The notes: a model not told the origin generated them from the sequence alone. Numbered from the stretch's first letter, positions 1-14,985 are shown. The stretch is DNA of 64,000 nt from the human T2T-CHM13v2.0 reference genome, Homo sapiens (GCF_009914755.1 NC_060933.1); one strand, 5' to 3'. A program made the numbers and translations.

Positions 1-199
1 GCCTCCCGGGTTCACGCCATTCTCCTGCCTCAGCCTCCCAAGTAATTGGGACTACAGGCGCCCGCCACCACACCCGGCTAATTTTTTGTATTTTTAGTAG
101 AGACAGGGTTTCACTGTGTTAGCCAGGATGGCCTCGATCTCCTGACCTTGTGATCCGCCTGCCTCGGCCTCCCAAAGTGCTGGGCCACCGTGCCTGGCC
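1..199 (-). mobile_element. Alu (AluY-like), cut by window edge, with a ~14-bp deletion near its 5' end
   Basis: ggttcacgccattctcctgcctcagcctccc...ttagccaggatgg; consensus 'attacaggcgtgag' is missing between gctggg and ccacc. Confidence 0.9.
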
Positions 200-678
200 C
201 AGAATTTCTTATATTCTAGTGCTCATCCATTTGCATGCCCATTGTTATTTTAAGTAATACCTGAGATAGAATCCTTGAATTCTGAGCCTTTTTTTTAGCA
301 TTTCCTTCATGAGATTTTCCCATCTGGGTAGTTCTTCCCTTTATGTCTTAGCATTCCCACCCATGACCACTGATGACCCCACATTTCCCCAGAATCTTTC
401 CTTTAGGAAGCATGTAGACATGCACACAGAACTTCTTCTACGTGATTTATTTTTAGTAGACTTAAGTTTTTTAGAACAATTTTAGATTTACAGTAAGACA
501 GAGTGAAAAGATCGAGAGTTCCCACATAACTCCTCCCCGATTTCCCCATTCATAGCGTCTTGCATTAATGTAGTATATTTATTATGATTGATGAGCCAGT
601 ATTGATACATACTCATTAACAAAGTCTGTAGTTTACACTAGTATTTACTTTTTGTGTTGTACATTTTTATTTTATACA

Positions 679-832
679 TTTTTTTGAAACAGGGTCTTGC
701 TCTGTTGCCCTGGCTGGAGTGCAGTGGTGTGATTAGAGCTCACTGTAACCTCTAAAGGCTGGACTCAAGCAGTCCTCCCACCTCAGTCTCCCAAAGTGCT
801 GGGATTACAGGCGTGAGCCACTGTGACTGGCC
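679..832 (-). mobile_element. Alu monomer (FRAM/FLAM-like)
   Basis: T tail, then gaaacagggtcttgctctgttgccc...cccaaagtgctgggattacaggcgtgagccac, ~150 bp. Confidence 0.85.
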
Positions 833-1425
833 TTCTATGGGTTTTGACTGTAAAGTCAAACCATTACAATGTAATATACACCATTAAAATGTATCCACCA
901 TTGCAATGTAATACAGAAGAGTTTCATCTAAAGTCCTCTGTGCTCTGCCTATCCATCCCTCCCCGTACCCCCAAACCTCTGATAACCACTGATGTTTTTA
1001 CTGTCTCCATATCTTTGCCTTTTGCAGAATGTCATGTAGTAGACATTCTGTCTACTTTACTGTCTCCATAGCTTTGCCTTTTGCAGAATGTCATATAGTA
1101 GAAATCACGTAGTATGTCGGCTTTTCACTTGGGCTTCTTTTACTTAGTAATATACGTTTAAGACTCTTCATGTTTTTTTCATGACCTGATAGTTCTTTTT
1201 AGCACTGAGTAATATTTCATTGTCTGGATGTACCACAGTTTATTTATCCATTCACCTACTGAAGGGCATCTTGGTTGCTTCCAAATTTTGGCAATTATGA
1301 ATAAAGCTGCTATAAACATCCATGTGCAAGTTTTTCTGTGTAGACATGTTTTCAGCTCCTTTGGGTAGATACCAAGGAGTATAATGATTGCTGGATCATT
1401 TGGTAAGAGTGTGTTTAGTTTTGGG

Positions 1426-1720
1426 TTTTTTTTCTTTTTTTTCAACAGGGTCTGGCTCTGTTGCCCGGGCTGGAGTGCAGTGGCGTGATCTCAGCTCACT
1501 GCAACCTCCACCTCCTGGGGTCAAGCCAGCGTCCCACCCCAGCCTCCTAAGTAAGTAGCTGAGACTCTGCCACCGTGCTCAGCTAATTTTTGTATTTTTT
1601 GTAGAGATGGGGTTTTGCCACATTGCCCAGGCTGGTCTTGAACTCCTGAGCTCAAGCAATCCACCTGCCTCAGCTTCCCAAAGTGCTAGGATTACAGGCT
1701 GGGCGCCACCATGCCCAGCC
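1426..1720 (-). mobile_element. Alu (AluJ-like)
   Basis: Full dimer with J-type 'ctcctgagctcaagcaatcc'. Confidence 0.9.
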
Positions 1721-2500
1721 TGTGTGGTTTTATAAGAAACCACCAAACTGTCTTCCATAGTGGCTGTACCATTTTGCATCCCCACCAGCAATGAATGAGA
1801 GTTCGTGTTGCTCTACATCCTTGTCAGCATTTGGTGTTGTCTGTGTTCTGGATTTTGGCCTTACATAATAGGAGCTCATTGTTGTTTTAATTTGCATTTC
1901 CCTGATGAAATATAATGTGGAACATCTTTTCATGTACTTATTTGCTATCCGTATATCTTCTTTAGTGAAGTGTTTGTTTAGTTATTTGGCCCAATTTATA
2001 ATTGGGTTGTTTTCTTATTGTTGAGTTCTTTGCATACTTTGGATAACAGTCCTTTAACAGAACATATTTTGAAAATATTTTCTCCCAGTCTGTGGCTTGT
2101 CTTTTTTACTTTCTTAACAGTGTCTTTTGCACAGCAGAAGTTTTTAATTTTAATGAAGTCCAACTTAACAATTTTTTCTTCATGGATCGTGTGCTTGGTG
2201 TTGCATCTAAAAGTTTATTACCAAACTGAAGGCCATCTAGATTTTCTCCTGTTACCTTCTAGGAGATTCATGAGTTTGCATTTTACATTTAGGTCTATGA
2301 TTTAAAGTTGTTTTTTGTGAAATGAGTAAGATCTGTGTTGATTCATTTTCTTTTTCTTTTTTTGCATTTGGATGTCTGTTAGAGCACCATTTGTTGATCA
2401 GACTGTTTTGTCTCCGTTGTATTGCTTTTGTTCCTTTTTCTAAGATTGGTTGACTGTATTTGTGTGGGCCTGTTTCTGGCTCTGTATTCTGTCCCATTAA

Positions 2501-3031
<531 letters not shown>

Positions 3032-3342
3032 TGGGATATTGATTAGGATTGTGCTAAATGTGTAGATCAAATTGGGAAGAACTGGCATCTTGTCAATACT
3101 TACTCTGCCTATCCATGAACATGGAATATCTCTCCATTTATTTAATTCTTTGATCTACATATTTTGTTATATTTATATCTAATTATTTTATTTTGAATGT
3201 AAATGATACCATGTTTTTAATTTCAAATTCCAAGTGTTCATTTCTGGTAAATAAGAAAGCAATTGACTTTTGTATATCAATCTTGTATTCCTGCATCCTT
3301 GCTATATAATTGCTTATTAATCAGACCATAGCAGCATGTAAT

Positions 3343-3492
3343 GGAGAGAGAGAAAGGGAAAGAGATGAGAGAGAGAGAGGGAAAGAGATGAGAGAGAGAG
3401 AGAGAGAGAGAGGGAAAGAGATGAGAGAGAGACGGAGGGAGATGAGAGAGAGAGAGAGAAGGAAAGAAAGGAAAGGAAAGGAAGGAAGAAAG
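3343..3492. repeat. GA-rich simple repeat / polypurine tract
   Basis: (GA)n with GGGAAAGAGAT subunits and GGAAA units. Confidence 0.9.
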
Positions 3493-3633
3493 ATGTATTA
3501 TTAATCCAGGAGTTCTTTTTTGGTCTTGTCTTACCTAATTGTATTAGCTAGAACTTCCAGGACAGTGTTGGAAAACTGGTGAGAGGGACATCCTTGCCTT
3601 TTTCCTGATCTCAGTGGGAAAGCTTCAAGTAAT

Positions 3634-3780
3634 CCTGTAATCCTAGCTACTCGGGAGGCTAAGGTGAGAGGATTGCTTGAGCCTAGGAGTTTGAGTCTGC
3701 AGTGGGCTGTGATTGCGCCACTGTACTCTAGCCTGGGCAATAGATTGAGACACTGTCTCATAATAATAATAATTATTATT
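3634..3780 (+). mobile_element. Alu right-arm fragment with (TAA)n tail
   Basis: ctgtaatcctagctactcgggaggct...gcctgggcaatagattgagacactgtctc. Confidence 0.85.
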
Positions 3781-5058
3781 TTTGTACATCGTTGGTTTTT
3801 GGGAGAATTTTTGCATGAGAAATATTGATTGGTAGTTTTTTTTTTTTTTCTTGTAATGTGTTTGGTTTTAGTATTAGGGTAATTCTGGCCTCACAGAATG
3901 AGTAAGGAAGTATTCCCTCTGCTTCTATCATCTGAAAGAGACTGTAGAAAGTTGATATAATTTATCCCTTTAATGTTGGTGGAATTCACCAGTGGGTTCT
4001 GTCTGAGCCTGGTGCTTTATATTTTGGAAGGTTATTAATTATTCAATTTCTTTAATAGTTATAGACCTAGTCAGATTTCTGTTTCTTCTTGTGTGAGTTT
4101 TGACAGAGTATATCTTTTGAGGAATTGGTCTGTTTTGTCTAGGCTATTGAATTTGTGGGCATAGTGTTGTTTCATCCTTTTACTTTTAATCTGTGTCTTT
4201 ATATTTTAAGTTGGTTTCTGTTAGACAACATAGTTGGTCCTTGTTTTTTTAAATTTTATTTATTTGCTTTTTAATCCACTCTAACAGTGTCTGCTTTTTA
4301 GTTGTTATATTTAGGACCATTGATATTTAAAGTGGTTATTTGTGTAGTTGGATTAATATATACCGTATTTGTTACTGTTTCCTGTTTATTGCTCCTGTTA
4401 TTTGTTTTGTTTTTTTCTTTTTGTCTAATCTTTTTTATGCCTTCTCTGGCTTTAATTGAGCATTCGATGTGATCCCATTTTTTTCTCCTCTCAGCATATC
4501 AATAACGCTTTTTTAAAAAACTTTTTTTTAGTGGTTGTTTTAAAATGTGCGATATACGTTTATGACTAATCCAAGTCCTCTTTCAAATACTTAGCACTCT
4601 ATGGGTAGAGCAAGAAATAGTATTCCTAATTGTTCCCTCCCATACCTTGAAATATTATTGTTATTCACTTACTCATAAACTGTAGTCATGAAGTAGTCAT
4701 GAAGTACATTGTTGCTATTATTATTGGTGAACAAACTTGTCTGCTAGATCAAGAATAAGAAAAAAGTTTTTATTTTATCCTCACTTGTTACTTCCCTAAT
4801 ACTCTCCCTTTCTTTCTACAGATTCTAATTTCTGATCTATATCATTTTCCTTCTCTCTGAAGTTCTTTTAACATTTCTTGCAAGGCAGATTTACTGGTGA
4901 CAAATTTTCTGAACTGTTGTTTGTCTGATAGACTTTATTTCTCCTTCACTTTTGACGGATAATTTTGCTGGATACAGAATTCTAGGTTGGTTTTTTTTTT
5001 TTTCTTTCAACACTTTGAATGTTTTACTCCCCACTCTTCTTGCTTGCATGACTTCTGA

Positions 5059-5430
<372 letters not shown>

Positions 5431-6533
5431 CTCCCTGACTTTTTTCAAGATATTCTTTTTGTGTTTGATTTTTTTTTGCGGTTTGAATGTGATATGCCTA
5501 GGTGTAGATTTTTTTTTGCGGGGAGGCTTATATCCTGCTTGGTATCTTTTGAGCTTCCTGGATCTGTGGTTTGCTTGCTGTTATTAATTTTGGAAAATCC
5601 TCAGCTGTTATTATTTCAGATATATCCTCTATTCCTTTCTCTTTTTCTTCTCCTTCTGGTATTCCTATTACATGTTGTTACACCTTTTGTAATTAACCCA
5701 TAGTTCTTGAATATTGTTTTGTCATTTTTGTTCCTTTTTGTCTTTATGCCTCAGTTTGGGAAGTTTCTATTGGCATATCTTCAGGCTCTCTGATTCTTTC
5801 CTTGGCTGGGTCCGGTCTATTGATGAGCCCTTCAGAGGCATTCTTCAGTTCTATTACAGTGTTTTTTATTTCTAGCATTTCCTTTTGATTCTTTCTTAGT
5901 GTCTCAATCTCTCAGCTTACATCACCTATCCTTGCAGGCTTTATTACAGACTTTAGCATATTAATAATAAATTTGTGATCTGATCATTGCAACATCAGTG
6001 CCATCTCTGGGTCTAGTTCTCATGTTTGCTTTGTCTTTTCAGACTGTGTAGGTTGTTTTTTGTTTTGTTTTGTTTTATTTTGCTTTTATTGTACTTTATA
6101 ATGTTTTGTAGTAAAAAAAAATTGGAAAACAAAAAGACTGTTCCCTTATACACTACCATCCAGAGGAGGTCACCTGGAGTATCTGTATATGCTTGCCCCC
6201 CTGCTTCCTATTTGGAGAAATGTGACTTCTGGGGCCTCTTTTGTTTTGGTCTGTACATTTCCCTAGGATGGTCTTAGAGAAGACTTCTCCCTGTGCATTG
6301 GGCCTCCTGCAGCAGTGCCAGGCAGTGATTGTTGAAGGATTGAAAGTGCTGTGGCAAACTCAGTCTCCACTCCTGGCTTTCGTGTCCTTGTTTCACAGAT
6401 CAGAAGATTGGGCAGGATGGGCTTCTGTTCAGTCTTCTTTCGGATACTGTGATAGCCTCAAGTTCTTGCCTGCTTCTAGCAACTTTCTCTGGAAGTTCTG
6501 TACATGTCATCCCTTTTTTTGACTTGCATTCTA

Positions 6534-6896
<363 letters not shown>

Positions 6897-6945
6897 TTAA
6901 ATTAAAATAGCTCTGATTTGAATCAAAGCAGTTTGTTTGGATTAA

Positions 6946-7253
<308 letters not shown>

Positions 7254-8985
7254 GATTAAAAATATTCTTTAAAGTCCTTGATGGGTAGCAATATATATAC
7301 ATAGGAAAATATTCAATAATAAAAAATTTGTCTCCAGTGAGAAGCTTGCCCTCTCTCCCTGCTGAGCACAGCCACCAAAGTGTGGCCTCTCCAGAGATGG
7401 CCACTGCAATCAAGGGCCTGTGTGTCTTTCCTGAACATTCTGATTACAGAGGGGCATATTTATGGATTTCCTTCAATCTTCCACACACAAAAAAGGTGTG
7501 TCTCTATACTCTTCTGCAACTTGTGCTCTTTGCTGAACAATATACATCCTGGAAATTGTTCCAGATCAGCAAATACAGGATTTGTACTTATTGGCACTTC
7601 AGAATATTCCTCTCAGTCTCCCAAGAATGGACACTTAGCTTGGCTCTAATCTTGCTGCTGCAGTGAATACACATGATCCACGTATCTATGGGGAGAGGAC
7701 ATGTAACAGGTGTCTGTGTCTAAAATACCAACAGCTCCTACCCAAGAAGTTTTTACTAATGTGTGTGTTTTGCCAAGAATATGGGAGAATGCTTGTTGGT
7801 CTGTGGCAGCAGGAACATGTGAGGCACACCCTAAAGGTCACCCACCTTTGACCTTTGCCAGCCTGATAGGTGAGAAATCTTATTGCAGTTGCAAGTTCCA
7901 TTTCTTACTACAAGTGACATTGCACAGCTTCTCATATGGTAAAAAGCAGTTTGTGTGGCCTTTTATATAAACTGTTTACTTAAAGTCACAAAATCACTAG
8001 TCAGGCAGATACGTTTTCATTTTGTGATTTGGAAAATGAATTTTTGTATTGTATACTACATCCTTCACATGCATTTCAGAAGTAGATGGAGGTTTCCTTT
8101 AGGTACATATGACTCATTTGCAAGCAAGCATTTATTTTGAGTCTTGATGTTTTTCAGAATAATAGGAATCTATGGTATTGTCCTGAATTGTTTTGATTTT
8201 TGTATCCACAAGGTTGGCTGCAGCAGACTCTTGCAGGGCCCCGGGAGGGGTGTCCCCCACCCACCAGTGTCTCTGTGGGGTTGTGAGAAGGGCCGGTTCT
8301 CCTCTGAGGCCCATGCCATAACCAGCCCTGACATGCTCTTGTTTGCTCACAGATGGGGGACTTCTCTCTAATTGCACCCTTCACGTGGAGCGATGGTGCT
8401 GATGGGAACTCCAGGGCTTCCTCACTTCCTCTGTAAGCGAGCACAGCTGGTGCCAGGCCCCTAGGCTTCCTGGTCACAGAGCTTTAGCTGTCTGGGGCTA
8501 TTGAGATGTGCCTGGCAAAGCACTTTGTCTGAGAGCTGAGTAACCAGGGCTTGTCCAGGGTAAGTGACTTACCTCCACAGTTCAGGTGGCTCTGCTCTGT
8601 ATGTGATTCCCATCAGTCATGTTTGGGGTTTTCTTTGAGCAAATATATTCTAGAAATGTAGTTGAGAAGTGAATTCCCTGAGAAGCGGGTTCAAGGCAGC
8701 ACCTCAGCATAGACTCTGTGGCCGCATGCAAAGATGCCTGCAGGAAGGCAGCTCTGGGACTTTAGCCACACATTTGGGCTGCTCCTCTAGATGGGATTCT
8801 GTGGTCCCTGTAACAGAAGTTATAGCCCCGATGGGTCATGGGGAACCCTGGGTAATTAGTGATGGGACACTTAGGGTTGGCCAAGGGCCCTAAAACAGGC
8901 TCTGCTGCAGTGGTGCCCAGGCCTGGCTTGTCTTTAGGAACAGGTTCTGACTCAGTAGGTCCCGGTGGGGATTGGGGTTCTTCTG

Positions 8986-9311
8986 ATTTTCTTTTTCTTT
9001 TTTTTTTTTTTTTTTGAGACAGAGTCTCACCCTGTATCCCAGACTGGAGTGCAGTAGAGCAATCATAACTCACTGCAGCCTCAAACTCCTGGGCTCAAGC
9101 AAGGAACTCCTTGATCCTCCTGCCTCAGCCTCCTGAGTAGCTGGGATTTACAGGCATGTGCTACCATGGCTGGCTAATTTTTATATTTTTTGTAGAGAGA
9201 GTCTTATTGTGTTGCCAAGACTGGTTTCAAACTCCTAGGCTCAAGTATCAAGGATACCACCTCAGCATCCCAGAGCACTGAGATTACAGGCATGAGCCAC
9301 CACACCTGGCC
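8986..9311 (-). mobile_element. Alu (AluJ-like)
   Basis: T tail plus dimeric consensus. Confidence 0.88.
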
Positions 9312-10206
9312 CGCATTGTCAGACCAGAAGTCTCTATGGGTTGTCAGCTCCTGGGCTGGCCCCTCTCCTCCTGGCTGCCGGGTGGACCTGGTGCTGCTGC
9401 CTCTACACATCCCTTTCTTGCTGTTTAATCCTCTCAAGTGCCTGTGGAGTAGGTGGTGCATTGTCCCCTCTCTGGATGAAGGAAGGCACTGAGTTACCTG
9501 CCCCAAGGCTGCCAACGGGAGAGGCACAAGGTGTCAGGACTTGCCCTCTACCTTAGACCATGGCCACCTCCCTCTAGAGTGAGTGACTTTGGCTTACAGG
9601 GTGGTCACCCACTTGTTTTGTGGATTGTGACAAATTGAGAAGTTAAAGCAGCACAGGCTCTTTAAGTAGCACAGGGTGGACCTCACTTCCTCACCCAGGA
9701 GCAGGGCATTTTCCAGATTCCTGGAGCAGTGTCCCTGGGGCAGACATAGAGGGTGGTGAGGCTCCCCTCCTGCCTACTGGCCCAGCTTCATTTCCCTCTT
9801 GGCTTCTATACCCCAGTGACTTCTGTTTCCCCTGTGGCTTCTGTTCCCAGCTAGCTTCTGTTCCCTCTGGCTGCCCCTCCTGCTGAAGAGAAGCACAGAG
9901 AAGTGCAAATGAAGGCATCATGGCTTGGGAGGAAGAAACTTTGGGTGAAGTGGGGGCACAGCCCAGCTGGACAGAGGCTGCCCAGCCCCTCCATCCTTTC
10001 TTTAAAGACAGGAAGGGGCTGAGCTGGGGTCTCTTCAGCTCGCAGTCCTGGAGGAGTGGACATAGCACACTTGGGAAGAGAAATGAAATGTCAACATTCT
10101 TTCCACGGAGATTCTGTTTTTTCTGTCCATGGAGTGTTGCACTTTCTCAGCTACTCCCTGCCAGAAATGAAAGCTAGGGTCATGGTCCATTAGCCCAGCA
10201 AAAAAA

Positions 10207-10870
10207 AGTGATGATGGTGGTGGCGAGGATGATGATGGTAATGATAGTGATGGTGGTGGTAATGACGATGGTGGTGATGGTGATAGTAATGATGATGGTG
10301 ATGATGGTGACAGTGATGGTGATGGTGATGGTAATGATGGTGATGATGGTGATAGTAATGGTGATGGTGATGATGGCAATGGTGATGATGATGGTAGTGA
10401 TGATAGTGATGACGGTAATGGTGATGATGATGATGGTGATGATGATAGTAATGATGGTGATGGTGATGATGGTGATAGTGATGATGATGGCGATGATGGT
10501 GACAGTGATGGTGGTGATGGTAGTGATGGTGATGGTAATAAAGATGGTGATGGTGATGGCGATGATGATGGTGATGGTGATAGTAATGGTGATGATGATG
10601 GTGATGGTGATAGTAATGGTGATGGTGATGGCGATGGTGATGATGATGGTGATGGTGATGGTGATAGTAATGGTGATGGTGATGGTGTTGATGGTGATGG
10701 TGATGATTGGTGATGGTGATGATAGTAATGATGGTGATGGTGATGATGTGTGATAGTGATAGTGATGATGGTGATGGTGATGATAGCAATGATGGTGATG
10801 GTGATGATGGTGATAGTAATGATGGTGACAGTGATGATGATGACGATGATGATGGTGATGATAACTATGA
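10207..10870. repeat. (GAT/GGT)n imperfect trinucleotide tract
   Basis: ~660 bp of gat/ggt/agt/aat triplets; source of the poly-His, Ser/Pro and Met/Val ORFs. Confidence 0.95.
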
Positions 10871-12093
10871 CAAGCAGTAAACTATCTTTACAGCCACCAG
10901 CTATGTGCCAGGCACTGTGGTAGGCATGGTACATACAATCCCTCCAGTATTTCTGTCATTGACCTTCTACTAGATATGATGATCCACTCTGCAGAGAAGG
11001 AGTCTGAGACTCACTGACGTTGAGTACCTCTTGTGGTCCCACAATTGTTGGTGGCAATCATTGCCCAGGGTTTCTGCATGCACTGGGTGTCACAGGCTGC
11101 AGGTGATGCCTCATGTGCTGTGCTGGGAGCCCTGCCCTTGTCATCCTGTTAGCTCCTTGACACTTGACCTCTTCCCTCCTCCCCACAGGTTCCTTATGAG
11201 ACACCTGGGGGACTCCAAACAGCAGTAATCCATCTGCCCACTGGTTTGGAGACAGGGGTCCTCAGCCTCCTTCCAGGGTGGATGGTTCAGGAGGCCTTCT
11301 CTGCAGGGGACCAGGACACAGGAAAGCCAGGAAGAGATGAGCTGGGAAGGGAGCTGTCGGGGGCCATTCTGGTTTTAAAAATAAAGCAGGACTTTTGTTG
11401 CTTGTTATAAAAGGAATACATGCTCATTTTCTGTGATTTAGGAAACCGCAGGAAAGTATAAGGGAAGAAAGACATGGCCATTGCCTAGCACCAGGGAAAA
11501 GGGCTGTAGTTTTTAGTGTCTGCCTAGACTCTAAACTTCTAAACTAAAAGACTTGTACAACCCATTGTTTAATGGCTGTGTAATACTCCCATCACAGGAG
11601 CACATCATGCCCTGGTTACCTGACCCTTACTGGCTGGAGATGTGTGTTGTTCCTAATTTTTGCTATTTTAAATAACCGTGGGAGAAACCACATTAACATG
11701 AATCTTTGTGTGCATATGTACATTTTGCCTTAAAATAGATTTGTCGATGTGGAATTCTGGCCTGAAGGGTGCAAATCTTTTTAAAGCTTTTGATACATAC
11801 AGCTGGGGTTCAGGAAACTCCTTCCCAAGTTAGTCCCGACTAGAAGGGTAAGAGTGCCTGCCCTGCAGCCCCACCTGCATTGTGGATTTGTATTATCAAA
11901 AGATAAGCCTTGCCAGAGGGACATTTCTAGCTTGAATGTGTGCCTGACACCAACTGAGCTCCGACAGTGTGCCTTGAACCCTGTGCCAGATGCTGCAGAG
12001 GGCGGCAAAGTAAGGTGAAGGCTCTGCCTGTCTGCCTCACCTCTGGGAGTGAAAGAGGCCACTTCTTTTTTTTATTTGATGTTTCTCCTATAA

Positions 12094-12397
12094 TTTTTTT
12101 TTTTTTTCTGAAACAGAGTTTCGCTCTGTTGCCCATGCTGGAGCTGGAGTGCAATGGCTCAATCTCGGCTCACCGCAACCTCCGCCTCCTGGGTTCAAGT
12201 GATTTCTCCTGCTGCAGCATCCCAAGTAGTTGGGATTATAGGCGTGTGCCACTACACCTGGCTGATTTTGCATTTTTAGTAGAGACGGGGTTTCTCCATG
12301 TTGGCCAGGCTAGTCTTGAACTCCTGACCTCAGGTGATCCACCCACCTCGGCCTCCCAAAGTACTGGGATTACAGGTATGAGCCACTGCACCCAGCC
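12094..12397 (-). mobile_element. Alu (AluSq/Sp-like)
   Basis: Dimeric consensus with T tail. Confidence 0.9.
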
Positions 12398-13048
12398 AAT
12401 TTTTTTTTTAAATGTCAAAATTAGGTTCAAAAATTATGGTTTACATTAAATGAATGTTCTTAACTACAACAGAAGAAACCAGGAATGCAATCCGGTTGTG
12501 CTGTTCGGGAGATCATTCCAGGCTTGGCATGGTCTGGAGGGTGGCATGGTCGGAGGGTGTCTGAGCCAGGGGCCAGGGCCAGGTGTCGGTCATTCCTGGC
12601 TGGGCTTCTGTGCTGGACCCTCCAGCTCCCCTGAAGGCAACCCCTAGCCCACTCAAGTCCTCATGGGAGGCTGCACCCTGTAGCCTGCAGCAGGGCCGCA
12701 GCTCCATGAGCAGGGCTAGCAAGCACTGGCATGCTTGGGGTCAGAATTCCATATCACCCGTGAGAAAGCCACTGTGTCCTGTCTGCAGAACAAGGATTCC
12801 TATGGGAAGAGCTCAGAAGAGTCGCTTCCCCTCTGGGGCTGCCCTTGCCTGAGGATCTTAGGCAGCCAGAGAAGCACCTGGGAGAGAACTCAGGTTTTGC
12901 GGGGAGCAGGCTACTTTCTTAGAGAGTAGACAGGCTTCTTTAGAGATCCCAAGAGGAAATTGTGGGGCCTCTGGAAGCATCTGAATTCTACACTCCCCGC
13001 CCCCGAAGCCTTTCAGCTTTCTTTTTCTTGGCCGTTTCCTGTGGTGTC

Positions 13049-13470
13049 TTTATTAGTTAGGGTTCTCTAGAGGGACAGAACTAATAGATATGTATATGTT
13101 TATTAAGTGTTAACTCACACGATCACAAGGTCCCACAATAGGCCATCTGCAAGCTGAGGAGCAAGGAAAGCCATCCGAGTCCTAAAACTGAAGAATGTGG
13201 AGTCCAGTGTTCGAGGGCAGGAAGGATCCAGCACGGGAGAAAGATGTAGGCTGGGAGGCTAGGCCAAGTCTAGTCTTTTCAGGTTTGTCTCCCTGCTTTA
13301 TATTCCAGCCACACACTGGCAGCTGATTAGATGGTGCCCACACAGATTAAGGGTGGGTCTGCCTTTCCCAGCCCACTGACTCAAATGTTAATCTCCTTTG
13401 GCAACATCCTCACAGACACATCCAGGATCAATACTTTGCATCCTTCAGTCCAATCAAGTTGACAGTCAGT
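13049..13470 (-). mobile_element. MLT2A1-like solo LTR (ERVL)
   Basis: tattagttagggttctctagagggacagaactaatag...caatactttgcatccttcagtccaatcaagttgaca is the reverse complement of the MLT2A consensus ends; ~420 bp fits MLT2A1. Confidence 0.82.
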
Positions 13471-13764
13471 CACTGCAGTGTCTCATCACTGCCACACCCA
13501 CTCACCTCTGTGTTTGAAATTTCTATTATCTTTCTAGTTATTGGGCTTTGGGCACTAAATTAGCTTTAAACTTCTTTGGAGTTGACTCAGTTTGGGGAAG
13601 CTGGGGTCACAGTTGGCTCAGATGAATCCAGTAGCCAGCATGGCCTCATCTGGTTGGCAAGTGAGCTAATGCAGCTGTTGCACCTGTGCCACTTGAACAC
13701 ACAGCCCTCCACCCCATTCTCACCACTGGGGCCCCCCAGGGGCAAGGTGAGTGTGGTGGACTGA

Positions 13765-13990
13765 ACCACGCACACATGACACACTCGTGGGCAGACGCAT
13801 AGACAGATGCACACAGACATGGACACACATACGCACGCATACACATGGCAATGTACGTCTGCCTGCATACACGTGCACACACAAACGGGCATACAAGCAC
13901 ACACACACAGTGCACACATATACACATGGGTGCACATACATGCATGTGCATAGATATGGACATAGAAACACATGCACATACGCACACATA
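13765..13990. repeat. Imperfect (CA)n-rich tract
   Basis: cacacat/gcacac motifs. Confidence 0.9.
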
Positions 13991-14169
13991 TTTTGTTTTG
14001 GGTTTTCCACCAAAAGGAATTGTACCATACGCATTCTTCTAAAACATGATGTTCTTCACTTAACAATATATTTTTGGTATCTTACCATGTCAGTATGTAA
14101 AGATCTACTTTATTTTTAAAAATTGTAATATTAATAGCATCCTGGTCACACAGCACTCTGCGCTTGCAC

Positions 14170-14985
14170 ACCTGTGTGTATGTGTGTGTGTATGCCTGTG
14201 TTTGTGTGTCTGCATGTGTTTGTGTTTGTATCTGTGTATTTCTGTGTATGAGGGTGTCTGCATGTGTGATGTGTGTGGTGTGTGTGTGTGCCTGTGTGTG
14301 GTGTTCGTGTGTCTCTGTGTTTGCATATGTTTGTGTGTGTTTCCATGTGTGTGTTTGCATATGTGGTATGTGTGATGTGTGTGTGCATGTGTCTGTTTTG
14401 TGTTTGCATGTGTGTTTTGTGTGTGTGCCTGGATGTGTGGTATGTGTGTGTGCCTGGAGGTGTGGTGTGTGTATGTGTACCTGTGTGTCTGTGTGTGTAA
14501 TGTGTGTGGCTGCGTGTGTGGTGTTTGTGTGTCTGCGTGTGTGTGGTGTGTGTTGTGTGTTTGCCCGTGTGGTGGGTGTGTCTGTGTCTGCATGTGTGTG
14601 GTGTGTGTGTCTGTATGTATGTTGTATATTTCTGTGTGCATGTGTGGTGTGTTTCTGTCTGTGTGTGATGTGTGTGTGTCTGTGGGGTGTATGTGTCTGC
14701 GTGTGTATTTGTGTCTGCATATGTGTGGTGTGTTTGCGTGTTTGGGGTATGTATGTGTGTCTGTGTGATGTGTATGTGTGTCTGCATGTGTGGTGTGTGT
14801 GCATGTTTGTGTCTGTGTGTAGTGTGTGTATCTCTGAATGTGTGTTGTGTCTGTGTGTGTATTGTGTGTTTGTGTGTGGCATGTGTCCGCATGTGTGTTG
14901 TGTGTGTGTGTGTGGTGTGTCTGCATGTGTGTGGTGTGTTTGTGTATGTGCGTCTGCATGTGTGGTGTGTGAGTTTGTATGTGTG
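14170..14985. repeat. Imperfect (TG)n-rich tract, ~0.8 kb
   Basis: tgtgtg interspersed with tctgcatg/tggtg; source of the Cys/Val and His/Thr ORFs. Confidence 0.95.

Noticed and set aside
10035-10934. Long His-rich, Ser/Pro-rich and Met/Val ORFs (299, 199, 181 aa), and similar ORFs at 20259-21082
   Set aside because: They are translations of (GAT/GGT)n simple repeats that lack stops by composition. They are intronic, with no coding context.
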